Source: the human T2T-CHM13v2.0 reference genome, Homo sapiens. Taken from it: DNA of 64,000 bases. The stretch lies in assembly GCF_009914755.1 (NCBI RefSeq), contig NC_060925.1. The stretch is one strand, 5' to 3'. How positions within the stretch are numbered: position 1 is the stretch's first letter; each line of letters opens with the position of its first letter. Below the pieces are notes generated by a model that saw nothing but the letters and a program-made list of their open reading frames with translations, did no database searches and had not been told where the DNA came from. The position numbers and the translations under genes were made by a program. This document shows, piece after piece, positions 26,870 to 41,106 of this stretch.

Positions 26870-28325
26870 AAACCCATTTTGACAAAGTTGCCAAGAACAT
26901 ACACTGGAGAAAAAATCATTTCTCAACAAATGGTGCTAGGAGAACAGTATATCCATATACAGAAGAATGAAACAAGATCTCTATCCTTCACAAGTACAAA
27001 AATAAAATTAAAATAAATTAAAAACTTAAATCTAAGATGTCAAACTATAAAACTACTAAAAGTAAACTTTGAGGGAAATCTCTAGGACATTGATCTGGTC
27101 AAAAATTTCTTGAGCAGTACCCCATAAGCACAGGAAACCAAAGCAAAAATGGACAAGTGGGATCATATCAAGTTAAAAAGCTTCTGCACAGCAAAGGACA
27201 TGATCAACAAACTGAAGAGACAACCCACAAAATTTGTGAAAATATTTGCAAATTCCCCATCTGTCAAGGAATTAATAATTAGAATATATAAGGTGCTCAA
27301 ACAACTCTATAGGCAAAAATTCTAAGAATCCTATACAAAAAAATGTGCAAAAGATTTGAATAGACGTTTCTCAAAAGACATACTAAACGCAAACTGGCAT
27401 ATGAAAAGGTGCTCAACATCATTGATCATCAGAGAAATGCAAATCGAAACTACAATGAGATATCTCACCTCCGGTTAAAATGGCTTATATCCAAAAGGCA
27501 GGTAATAACAAATGCTGGCAAGGATGTGTGGAAAAGGGAACCCTTGTACTCTATTTGTAGGAATGTAAATTAGTACAACCACTATGGAGAACAGTTTAGA
27601 GGTTCCTCAAAAAACTAAAAATTGAGCTATCATGTGGTCCAGCAATCCCATTGCTGGATTATATATCCAAAAGAAAAGAAATCAGTATATTAAGGAGATA
27701 TCTGCACTCTGTTTGTTGCAGCAGTGTTCACAGTAGCTAAGATTTGAAAGCAACCTAACTATCCATCAACAGATGAATGGATAAAGAAAATGTGGTACAT
27801 ATATACAATGAATTACTATTTACCCATAAAAAAGAATGAGATCCAGTCATTTGCAACAACATGAATGGATTTGGAGATCATTATGTTAAGTGAAGTAAGC
27901 AGCCAAAGAAAGGCAAACATTAAATGTTCTCACTTATTTGTAGGATCTAAAAATCAAATCAGTTGAACTCACAGATTTAGAGAGTAGAAGGATGGTTACC
28001 AAAGGCTGAGAAGGGTAGTAGGGAGCAGGAGAGGAAGGAGGGGATGATTAATGGGTACAAAAAATAGACAGAATGAATAAGACCTAATATTTGATGGCAA
28101 AACAGGGTGACTATAGTCAATAATAACTGAACTGTACATTTTAAAATATCTAAGAGTGTAACCGGATTGTTTATAATACAAAGGATAAATGCTTGAGGGA
28201 TGGATATCCCATTCTTCTTTATGTGATTATCATGCACTGCGTTCCTGAATCAAAACATTTCATGTACCTCATAAATATATATCCCTACTATGTACCAACA
28301 AAAATTAAAAATAAAATAAAAAATA
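26870..28325 (+). mobile_element. L1MA2/3-like LINE-1, 5'-truncated, inserted within a MIR
   Basis: ORF2 3' end (ttttgacaaagttgccaagaacatacactgg, agcttctgcacagcaaag) plus L1MA 3'UTR and A-tail; MIR-like sequence on both sides. Confidence 0.92.
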
Positions 28326-28422
28326 TTAAAAGATGTATATGACCTTGGAAAAAGAACAAAGTTTTTTTTTCGTTTGTTTCCTTTCTAATCTTCAATATAT
28401 TTGCTTGAGAAGGTAGAAAGTA

Positions 28423-28847
28423 CAACTCGCTCTTGAAGGATTAACAGAGACAACCCCCTGCACAGTAGAAAATACATGTGTAACTTTTGACTCCCCCAGA
28501 TCTTAACTACTTATAGCCTACTGTTGACTGGAATCCTTGCCGATAACATAAGCAGACAATCAGCACATTTTATGTGTTATATGTATTATACACTGTATTC
28601 TTATAGGAAAGTAAGCCAGAGAAGACAAAATATTATTAAGAAAATCATAGAGAAGAGAAAGTATATGTACTATTTATTAAGTGTAGAAATGGCTAATCAT
28701 AAAGGTCTTCATCATCATCATGCTACATAGACTGAAGAGGAGAAAGAGGAAGGGTTGGTCTTGCTGTCTCAGGGGTGACAGAGGCCAAAGAAAATCCATG
28801 TGTAATTGGACCTGAAGTTCAAACCCGTGTCATTCAAGGGTCAACTG
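28423..28847. mobile_element. Tigger2a (MER28)
   Basis: TA flanks on both sides; right TIR ttcaagggtcaactg; internal gtaacttttgactccccc and attaagaaaatcata. Confidence 0.88.
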
Positions 28848-29686
28848 TATAATCACACTGATTTTGGAAACTTTTGATTTTAAAAAGTGTCAAATAAATG
28901 TTTTGATGCTTACAGGGATTAAAAATAAAACATCTCTATTGCTAATGTCAGCAAGAGGAAAACATATTTATTCAGGTGGGTGCAATAATATAAAATGCCT
29001 GACTGCCATGATTGTTTTCTGTAGTGTTAGTACTTACTATATTCAATTTATAGAGAGACTCTATCTCTAGTAGTTCCATAGTGAGTAATCAAATAATTTT
29101 ATATTACCTATACATATATTTGTGACAACTATCTTACACATATTTCTGCTATCTTATGATAATATATAATGAAGAAACAAAGAATATTAATGCTACTGTG
29201 AAATGATAATTTCAAATAGTCATTATAATTTTGTTCCTGTCTTCCCTCACTCAGTGCTCTATTCTATATAATTTCAACATCTCCATAATTCCTTTTCAAT
29301 TCCTCTAGAGCAGGTAATCTTGTCTTCTCCTCCCCTTTCCCTCCCTCTTCTCTCTTCCTCCCTCCACACAAACTTCCAGGTAAAGGAATATTTATTCTAC
29401 CTGTGTAAAGAAGGGTCAGGACTCAAATCTTGCTACAAATGCTCTTGGAGACATCTTTATCAAGATGAATATGAGGTAGCCAGCCTGGTTGATGGGAAGA
29501 GAAATATTATGACTATGATTCTTAAGAATCCCTGGAGACCTACTCACACATGTGCTGTGCTCATTTTACTAACTGAATACAGGAAATTGCATTCAATCTT
29601 CAGACAACAAGATTACCCTGGAGTTGGCCACTTGAAATTGCAACTTCAGTTTGCCCAGCAAGTGGGCATGAGGCAGAACAGGGTGA

Positions 29687-30860
<1,174 letters not shown>

Positions 30861-32639
30861 CTTTATTGTCTTTGTTTTCCTCTCTGTTTCTCCCAGTTGA
30901 CTGCAAATAATTCCAAGTCAGGGATTGTGTCTTAATATGATTTTTATGTTTAATATCCAGGAAAGTATTCAAGAAAAATTCTTAAATGAATATTTGAAGA
31001 GCAAATGTAGATAAGCACACAGAAATTTGATATTATTGAAAGATTCATGCAGCAGCAACAATATATTAAACACTATCTTAACTTTTCAAAATTTGAAATG
31101 AAAGTTTTCAGAGATATAAATATATTGCTATGGAATACAAAAAATGCCATTAGTGATTTTTTCCTATGAAGCTACCTAAATTTCTCTTTTATTTTTCTTT
31201 CTTTTCCTCTTGAATTTGGAAAATATACAAGAGTGTTTTAATTATTATTACATTTCTTATATAAAAAATAATGCTAGATCAATTATTGAGAAATGGTACA
31301 GTTTAACAAAAGTTAACTTTTGGTAGGAGATTAGCCATTCACTTAGCAAATATGATCCACACAAAATAAAGCATATAGAAAATTCAAAACTAAAGAAACA
31401 CATTGTTCAACTCCATTTACTAAAATTTTATTACTAGAATTTATTTGTTTGCAGGTCTCTTTGATCTCTTCAAACCAACCACATTTTAGTGATAGAATCA
31501 TGCGATTTTGTGATGAAATCATGCCAGTTTGGAACCTCTTCCTTATAGCAAAACAATGAGAATGACCTCAATTTCGGCAGATGTCAGCAGTATTTCAACA
31601 AAACAGCTAAAAACATATTGATAAAATGTGAAAATAAATTAAACAATAACATGTATTTATTTAAATCTAAGTTTATATCTTTTGGTTTATATGCATATAT
31701 AAAATTGTATTCTTTAGTCATTTATTTGCATCAGAATACAACTTCTTTCCTTGTAGTAGTCGTGGGTCTGACATGAGGCTAGATCATTGCGATGACTACA
31801 GTACTGAGGATTTCTGGGAAAAATGTGGAAGAAGTGGAAGATACTGATTTAAGATCTTTTCAGCCTGAAGAATTATGTAATTAAACCGTAATTCTACCGT
31901 ATTTTTCCCCCTTATAGTTTCTGAGTCTAGGGAATGAGGGAAGATGACTGTTATTAAATCATTTGTTTGTCACATCTCCCTATAAAACATATGGTCATAG
32001 ACATTGCTATGGCATCCCTCCACTGTGTCTCAGTAAAGAGAAAAAAAAATAAATTCATTAAAACAAGAATGAAGTCAAAGAGCTTCTAATGAAAAATAAT
32101 TTTATAAAATTTATTTTATGAGACAGTATAGTTATCATGCTAAGAAATTCAATAGATTATGGAGTATGAACCCTTGCGACTAGTCATTACATAATATTTG
32201 TTCATGAGATGCCAGGAATTTACCCAATTTTTAATATAATTAAGCACTGAAACTTTAATGCATTAAATTCATATAAGTTTACAATTAAAATAGAAGGTGA
32301 CAGGGTAATTAATGTTTCTTTTTTTCTCTGTGTTTTTCTTCTTTCTTCCCCCCAGCCTGCCCCAAAAAGGTCACCGTTTAATACTGCAGTCTTCTGTTTA
32401 ATTGAAAGTTGTCTTGGAAATTTTTTTATGCAAAACTTTATACACATTCTCTGCTTGCTGCACTCCACATGTGTGAAGAAAATTAAGAAATAAGCTATTA
32501 TCACAGTGCAAATAAAAATTTAACAACATCAAAATTGCAAACTCTCTTTACAGTATATAAATTGATGAAATGTATGAAACAATATCCTCTTTCTCTGTGT
32601 CCCTGAGGTTTTCTACTTAAAAAGGAAGCTAACTGAGCT

Positions 32640-32845
32640 GCTGTCAGAAGTCATGTACTGTATGAGACATTTTCACATATGTCACTGAACCTTCTTAGCA
32701 ACCTCAACAAGGAGTATTTTCTCCTCTTTACACAGAAAGAGAGTGAGGCTTAACCAAAGAATAAATGAGCAACTTACCCAAGGTCACAAACATAGGAAGC
32801 AACTGACCAGGGACTTAAACTCAGTTCTGCCTAACTTCAAAACCT
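32640..32845 (-). mobile_element. MIR SINE
   Basis: tttacacagaaagagagtgaggctt...aacttacccaaggtcaca...gggacttaaactcagttctg. Confidence 0.75.
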
Positions 32846-34723
32846 ATTACTTAAGGGATTTGCCTTTCGGTTGACTGGTTTTTCAAGTAGTAATGAAAAT
32901 AGTATCTTTATGTAGTGGAAACTGGAACTGCTGTCAGAAGCTCCTTCCAAATGAAAAGTGGCATCATTATTTTCTTTTCTCATGTAATAGGCCGTGCAGT
33001 TTATCTAATAATACATAATTATGAGATACTTATTAATCTTATAATATAAATACTTATGTAAAATAAAAATGTTTTTTATTCTTTTAATTATACTTTTAAG
33101 TGTTCCTGTAGTATAAATAATAAATGTTATTATTTTCTGACCTATGTTTCAACCAGAGAAATAACAAGTAGAGTTTGTGTTGAAAATCAATGTATTATTC
33201 AAGAACATACCAGGGGGCCAGGAAGAAGTCCATTTGCTTCAGAGCACAGAAAAGAATCTTCTGGCCCAGTCCCCGTTTTATGCATCAGCATATAAACTAT
33301 GAAAGCATGCAGTATGTAATCAAGTGGTAATGTGTGTAGCATGGATTATAAAACCTTTCAGAATTTAAAGGACAGATTAAGGAATAAACTTTATCATTAT
33401 AAAGGTAAAGAGATACAGCATCCCTGTTAGATTTAATTGTCTGTATATGTGTACTGCGAAAAGTTATTTTTTCCTGGGATGCACTGTAATTTCTCATTTT
33501 AAGGAAAAAATTTTCAGCTGGGAGACAAGTAGAAAGAAGAAAATATCACTGATATGATCCCATTAAAATAAGTAGGATATCATAAATTGAAGTACAGAAA
33601 CCACCAGTTTCCTTTATTAGAATTTTTTTCAGGCAATGTCTCTGCTGGTCTCCTGTGCTCACACTGGATCATATCTAGCAACAGCACCATATGAAAAATG
33701 GCCACAGCATACTTAATTACCTTCGTTAATTACTCAGAGATCTGCAGCAGCAAGAGTATCTCACATGGGTCGGTTTTATTTCTGCTTTGTAATTATGTGT
33801 GCAACCAGGTTTCCCTTAGAAAACAAATGAGCAGAGCTGTAAACAAAAGTCACTAACAAGAAACAAAGGTGATCATTTCTATGGCTGAAAGCCATGAATT
33901 TGGAAAAACAAAACAAAACAAAAAACTAATCTTTCAGAAAATCCAATTTCAAACTTCCACGTTCACAAGAAGTTATCTCCAAATTCCCTGAATTAGTCAT
34001 ATGTGTGGTCTATGAGAAACTAGTGAGTCTCTTCTCCTCTAACTGTAATTGATGAATGAAGGAGATAACCACTACCATGTGACCTCAAATGCTGTAGCTA
34101 GTTGGCACCACAGAAAAGTTAATTATAATCCTTGAAACAATGTAGCATTTCATTTTGCAACCATGAATCATTTGCTGTTTTGTCTAGTCTCCTGAGAGTC
34201 ATTTTTATAGTAAACTAGTCTTTATAGTGTCACACAGTGATTAGCAACAGTGACACATTTTACAGATTGGGTTCTCAGAGCTGTGCCTACCATGTTGCTA
34301 TAAAAAGTTTGGTAGAGATCTTAGTGTTAATAATCTTGATTTGTCCTTACAAAACAAAATTGGACTAAGATTATAGCCAAATTACTCTTAACAACATTGT
34401 ATGATTAAATACATTGTAATAAATTGGACCAACAAACATGAGAGGAGAAGGAGGTGAAACTGTCTTCCCAACAGGTTAACTTATATTTGCATGTTTGTCA
34501 ATTAATGACATTTACAGTTTAGAAAAGTGTTTGAAAGCTCACAATGTAAGAAGAGGTTCCTATCCTATTAGGTTTAAATATCAAAATGCTCTGAATATTC
34601 TTAAAACATTCTCAACTTTAAAAATGGCAACACATTTTCTACGGATATCATTTACCAAAAAGTGTAACAGATAAAAGAAGATTTGAGAAAGAATTTGGAA
34701 GATTTGAGACGTCAGAAAGAATA

Positions 34724-37055
34724 TGTATTAGTCTGTTCTCACAGTGCTATAAAGAACTGCCCAAGACTGAGTAATTTATAAAGGAAAGAGGTTTAATTGA
34801 CTCACAGTTCTGCATGGCTTTGGAGGACTCAGGAAACTTACAATCATGGTAGACGGGGAAATGAACACATTCATCTTCACATGGTGGCAGGGGAGAGAAG
34901 TGCAGAGTGAAGGGTAGAAAAGCCCCTTATAAAACCATCAGATCTCATAAGAACTTACTCACTACCATGAGAACAGTGAGAATAGGGTGGGGGAATGAAC
35001 CCCATGATATAATAACTTCCTATGAAGTTCCTCCCCCAACATGTGAGGATTATAATTCAAATTACAATTCAAGATGTGATTTTGGGTGAGAACACACCCA
35101 AACCATATAATTCCCCTCTGGCCCCTCCCAAATCTCATGTCCTCACATTTTCAAAACACAATCATGTCTTCTAGTCACCCAAAGTCTTAACTCACCAGCA
35201 TTAACCCCAAAGACCAAGTCTAAAGTCTCATCTGAGACAAGGCAAGTCTCTTCCACCTATGAGCCTGTAAATTCGAAAGCAAGTTAATTACTTCCTAGAT
35301 ACAATGGGGGTACAGGCATTGGGTAAATACATGTTTCAAATGGGAGAAATTGGCCAAAACAAAGAGACTACAGACCCCATGCAAGTCTGAAACCCAATGG
35401 GGCAATCATTAAACCTTAAAGTTTCAAAATGATCGGTTTTGACTCCATGTCTCATATCCAGGTCATACTGATGCAAGAGGTAGTCTCCCATGGCCTTGAG
35501 CAGCTTCATCTCTGTGGCTTTGTAGGGTAAAGCCCCCCTCCTGGCTACACGGGCTGATATTGAGTGTCTGACACTTTTCCAGGGACATGATGCAAGCTGT
35601 CAGTGGATCTAATACTCTGGGGTCTGGAGTAGGGTTGCCCTCTTCTCACAGCTCTACTAGGCAGTGCACTGTGGGGGACTCTGTGTGGTGGTTCCAACCC
35701 CACAATTCCCTTCTGCACTGCCCTAGCAGAGGTTTTCTATGAAGGCTTTGCTTCTGCAGCATACCTCTGCCTGGACATCCAGGCATTTCCATACATCCTC
35801 TGAAATCTAAGTGAAGGTTCCCAAACCTCAATTCTTGTCTTCTGCACACCAGCAGGATCAACATCACATGGAAGCTGCCAAGGCTTGGGGCTTGCACCCT
35901 CTGAAGCCATGGCCTGAGTTGTACCTTGGCCCCTTTTAGCCATGGCTGGAGTGGCTGGGATACAGTGCACCAAGTCCCAAGTCCGTACACAGCAGGGAAC
36001 CCTGGACCTGACCCAGGAAACTATGTTTTCTTCCTATGTTTCATCCTGTGATGGGAGGGGCTGCAGCAAAGGTCTTTGACATGCCATGTAGACATTTTCC
36101 CCATTGTCTTGGTGATTAGCATTCAGCTCATTACTTATGCAATTTTCTGCAGCAGGCTTGAATTTCTCCCCAGAAAATGGGTTTTTCTTTTCTATTGCAT
36201 TGCTAGGCTGCAAATTTTTCAAACATTTATGCTCTGCTTCCTCTTGAATATTTCGCTGCTTAGAAATTTCTTCCACCAGATATCCTAAATCATCTCTCTC
36301 AAGTTCAAAGTTCCACAGATCTCCAGGGCAGGGGCAAAATACCACCAGTCTCTTTGCTAAAACATAGCAAGAGTCACCTTTGCTCTAGTTCCAAAGAAGT
36401 TCCTCTTCTCCATCTGAGACCACCTCAGCCTGGACTTCATTGTCCATATCACTACCAGCATTTGGGTCAAAACCATTTAACAAGTCTCTAGGAAGTTCCA
36501 CATTTTTCCATATACTCCTGTTTTCTGAGCCTTCCAAGTCTCTAGGACATTCCAGACTTTCCCACATTTTCCTATCTTCTTCTGAGCCCTCCAAACTGTT
36601 CCAGCTTCTGCCTGTTACCCAGTTCCAATGTCACTTCCACATTTTGGGGTATCTTCACTGTAGCACCCCACTCCTGGTACTGATTTACTGTATTGGCCCA
36701 TTTTCATGCTGCTATAAAGAACTGCCTGAGACTGGGTAATTTATCAAGCAAGAAGGTTTAATTGACTCACAATTCTGCATGGCTCAGGATGTCTCAGGAA
36801 GCTTGTAATCATGGTGGAAGGGGAAGCAAATACATCCTTCTTCAACTGGTGGCAGGAGAGAAAACTGCAGAGCCAAGGGTGGATAAAACCATCAAATATC
36901 ATAAGAACTCACTCACTATCACGAGGACCACATGAGGGAACCACCCCCATGATCTAATCACCTCCCACTATGTTCCTGCCCCAACATGTGGGGATTATAA
37001 TTTGGATTACAATTCAAGATGAGATTTTGGATGGGGAGACAGCCAAACCATATCA
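34724..37055 (-). mobile_element. Complete THE1D-like MaLR element: 3' LTR 34724-35110, internal 35111-36688, 5' LTR 36689-37055
   Basis: Two homologous LTRs (tgtatt...aaaccatat[c/a]a) around about 1.6 kb of THE1-int sequence; 5-bp TSD gaata/ggata. Confidence 0.93.
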
Positions 37056-37548
37056 GGATACATATGTAAGCCAAGGTAAGTGACATTATAAATGCTTTTG
37101 CATCTCTTAAGAATGCAGTTTGTGTTATTGACTGTGTATGTGTCTTTCTATAATTTAGTGGAAGTGTATTTAGATTTTTCTCTGCTACTATGAACAAGAA
37201 CATATTAAAGACGAAATTGTCTCTGAGCTTCCTTTAGTCATCAACTTTAGATCATCAGACCCAAAAGATAACTTCTATATTTGAGAAAGAAAAATGAGAC
37301 CTTCAAGTAAAGAGGGAGAAACATTTGAGAGAGATCTTTCTTACTTCCTCTCTCCTCAGACAGGTATACATAGCTTGAGGTAGTTTATTCTCAAGTCCAT
37401 GGTTAGGGTAATGGGGTTTAATGTGCACAGGAAGGGTGAAGGAGAGACACAGTTGTATTAGCTTCCATTTTAAAATGTCTGTTACCAGGATGACGCCTAT
37501 CTGTAAAAATTCCCTACTATAATTTTGTATTACAGATTGTGAATTCCC

Positions 37549-37866
<318 letters not shown>

Positions 37867-39332
37867 TCAAATTGTGAACTTCTGAAGAGCTCTTTCCATT
37901 TATCTTTGTATGCAGAACTTAAAGTGGGAGTGCCTGTTTATCATGAAGACTCAGATTTGGAATCCGTGGATTAACCACTTGTGTCTCTCACCAGGCATTA
38001 ACATTTATAATATAATACATAGAAATTTTAACACATGACCATTGAAAGAAAACTGTCTGTGCCATTTGAAGATAGCTGTGTCTTTATGTAGCATCACCTA
38101 AATTATGTGCAAAAGAAGTCAATCTCATGTTGCTGACAACAATCCTCTGTAAAATCTGCAGATATAAATGTTGAGGAGTAAATTATAGCACTAATAAAGT
38201 TAACCTGGTAGAGTCCAAAATGGCATATGCAGCAGAGAAAAAAAAAGAAACAGAAACAGTTCATGCTGTTATAATTGCTACAATTTCACTGGCAATTTAA
38301 ATAAAATAATTCAAATTGCTGCAATTAACACACACATAGAATTCAAAGGATATGGGGTGACCTCGCACAAAACAGATTGTAAAATCAGCCCTCCTCCTAA
38401 GAATTAACCTTCATAAATCATTTGCATCCAGAGGACGCCTGGATTCATACTCTGCAAAGATTATAAGCACAGGAAAAGCAAGGCCCCTAAAGGAGAATGC
38501 CCATCAACAGCAAGCATTCTTTCCTGGGTTGTATCACCCATATGAATGCACAGAGATTGGCCGTGTTATACTCACAAACTCCCTGGCTGAAGGTAGGATT
38601 TTGCTTTTTCTGCATGGTTGCCCCCGTGCAGCTTAGAAGGAATCTGTCAGCAAGGACTGAAGGCTGCTGTGTTGCTGAGAAGTGATTCTGATTCACATTG
38701 ACAGAGATTCCACTTTTACTTGACTGCAGAAGCACAGGACCATCTTGTCTGTGATTTAGGTCTGAATAAAGGGCTCTCTCCTCCAATGCATTAGAGCACA
38801 GTAACCACAAATTGTTATTTGCAAAGTGGGGGAAATTTGTTCAATGTTTCTCCAGTCACCTGAAACCAAATTTAAGACATATTATCTGGGACACATTGAA
38901 AGCCTTTTCTCTTATTAGGTCAGACTTATGCAAGCACGGAACTGACAGTACCAGGAATGATGATTTGTGGTCAAAAATCAAAAAAGTAACACTTGAGTGA
39001 GTCTAATATGAGTGAGAGATGACCTTTACTATCCCTTGTTCAGAGGTTAAGATTTGGGGAACAAGGCAACCCATTTGAACAACTGCCGAACAGAAAGAAC
39101 TCAAAAGAACTTTTAACATCCAGAATGTGTGATTTTTTTAACACCTTAATAAGAATCTTGACTCTGAATAATGCTGTTTAAATATTATAAAACTCTTTTC
39201 TCTGCCATTTTTGAGTTCACACATAAATGCTTTACAACACAAAGGCAAAGGAAGAATTAAATTACTACTTGCCACTCACATTTTCCCTCAAAATTTTTGT
39301 CCTACTATGTGTGTTTGTGGCCTTGTCTGCTT

Positions 39333-39390
39333 AATTGATACCAATGCATTTTGCAGCCAATTTTGGCTACAAAATGCATTGGTATCAATT
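39333..39390. repeat. Near-perfect palindrome, 28-bp arms, 2-nt loop
   Basis: aattgataccaatgcattttgcagccaa-tt-ttggctacaaaatgcattggtatcaatt; 27/28 pairs. Confidence 0.97.
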
Positions 39391-40886
39391 TAATGCCTTG
39401 TATTAAAAATATGTAGATATATTGAAGTCTAAACAGTGTTTAATAATAATAATAAATTATTCTTATGTTAAATTTAATTTGTTTGATGACTATTAAATCA
39501 TTGGCAATAGGATAGTAAAAGAATAGTTATTAACGAAGAGAATTCAAGTGAATTTGAAGGAAAAAGTACAATTGTCTCAGCTATGGAAATGATAATTGTG
39601 AATTGAGAGGGAACTGGACCTCTTTGCAAATTATTCATATAAGGGATATTGTCTCAAATGGAGATAACAATAAACAAAAGCATCTATTTAAATTAGCCTC
39701 TCCTCTTCAAGGAGGGTGGGTAAATCCTTCTTACAGAAATTCTATGAATGGCTGTGGCTGGATCCAGATGTCTCCAGCAGAACAAAATGGTGGGAGGTAT
39801 AAAATAAAAATCAGAGGAACCAGCAGAAGCATGTACCTTGCTTGTGAAAAGTTCAAGTCCAATTAGTCAGGAAACAAAAAAGTAGTGTTTTGAAAGAACA
39901 AAAATATGATTCAAAACTAGGAAACAAAATGAGAATTCTTGAATACAAAATATTTGTATGCAAATCAGTAGAAGTTAAAGAACATTCTTCTTGAAATAAG
40001 TACTCCTTAAAAGGCTGACAAAATCAGATTCTTAAGTGGCTATCTGAACATTAGTTGAAACAGCTTAAATGGTGCATGCTCAGGAATAACAAGTTTTAGT
40101 AATTTATTCCCAAAGTGACCTTTCCCAGACCATAATAAATCATCCATATGTAGTGTCTTTTTCCATGAACCTTACATTTAAAGAAGGCAAAAATAGAAAT
40201 ACTGCTGAGAGTTTAAGGCAGTGACTGACTCCAATAAGAAAACTGAAATTGAAGCATAAAAGCACAAATCTAACTTCCTGGCTGAAATTCATCTTTAAAG
40301 AAAGTGCATGTCCTATGGCTACACGGCTGAAATCACTCTTGCCTCATGCCCCAGATTTCTTTTGCTTCCGTGGATAGTCAAGAAAAGAAGAGGAGTCATT
40401 GCTCTTATTATTCACATTCAAATGTTAACTAAGAAAATCGGTGTTAAATAAATGAACAAAATGATTAGTGGGGATTGTGTTTGTCCCATTGAAACAGAAG
40501 CCTAAGGGACTAACTTTAGAATTCTAATTTGAGACTCAAAATTGTCACTATTACTCTTATTTGAAAATGAATTGTTTAAATCAAAGTTATTAAAGTGGTA
40601 ATCATAATGACTTTTCATCCTTTATATACTTCTGTTTAACCAAAATTTGTACTTTTAACCAAAATTTAGACAGCCTAAATTCTGTCTAAATTTAAGGCTG
40701 AAATTTTAAAGAAAGAATGCTATGGGAAAATCTGAAGCTTCATAACAGCATTTCCTGCAGTTCTTTTGGCTCATTGCACATTGTTGTTTACAAATTATGC
40801 ACAAAGTTGGAAGTGGTAGAACTATATGCTTAATATAAATTTATATTTTTCAAATAAAGTCATACTTATAAACACACAATACACAC

Positions 40887-41106
40887 AATTACAATTGGTA
40901 TTGTAATTGTATTTAAAATTACACTTTGTATTGTAATTGTATTTAAAATTACCCTTGGTATTGTAATTGTATTTAAAATTACACTTGGTATTGTAATTGT
41001 ATTTAAAATTACACTTGGTATTGTAATTGTATTTAAAATTACAACTGGCATTGTAATTGTATTTAAAATTACAATTGGTATTGTAATTGTATTTAAAATT
41101 ACAATT
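40887..41106. repeat. AT-rich minisatellite, 30-bp unit, about 7.3 copies
   Basis: Unit aca(a/c)ttggtattgtaattgtatttaaaatt starting at 40891 and every 30 nt up to 41071. Confidence 0.98.

Noticed and set aside
35646-36739. ORFs such as MEGSEEDRKMWESLE and NFELERDDLGYLVEEISKQ
   Set aside because: Fragmented reading frames of the THE1 internal region; no intact gene.
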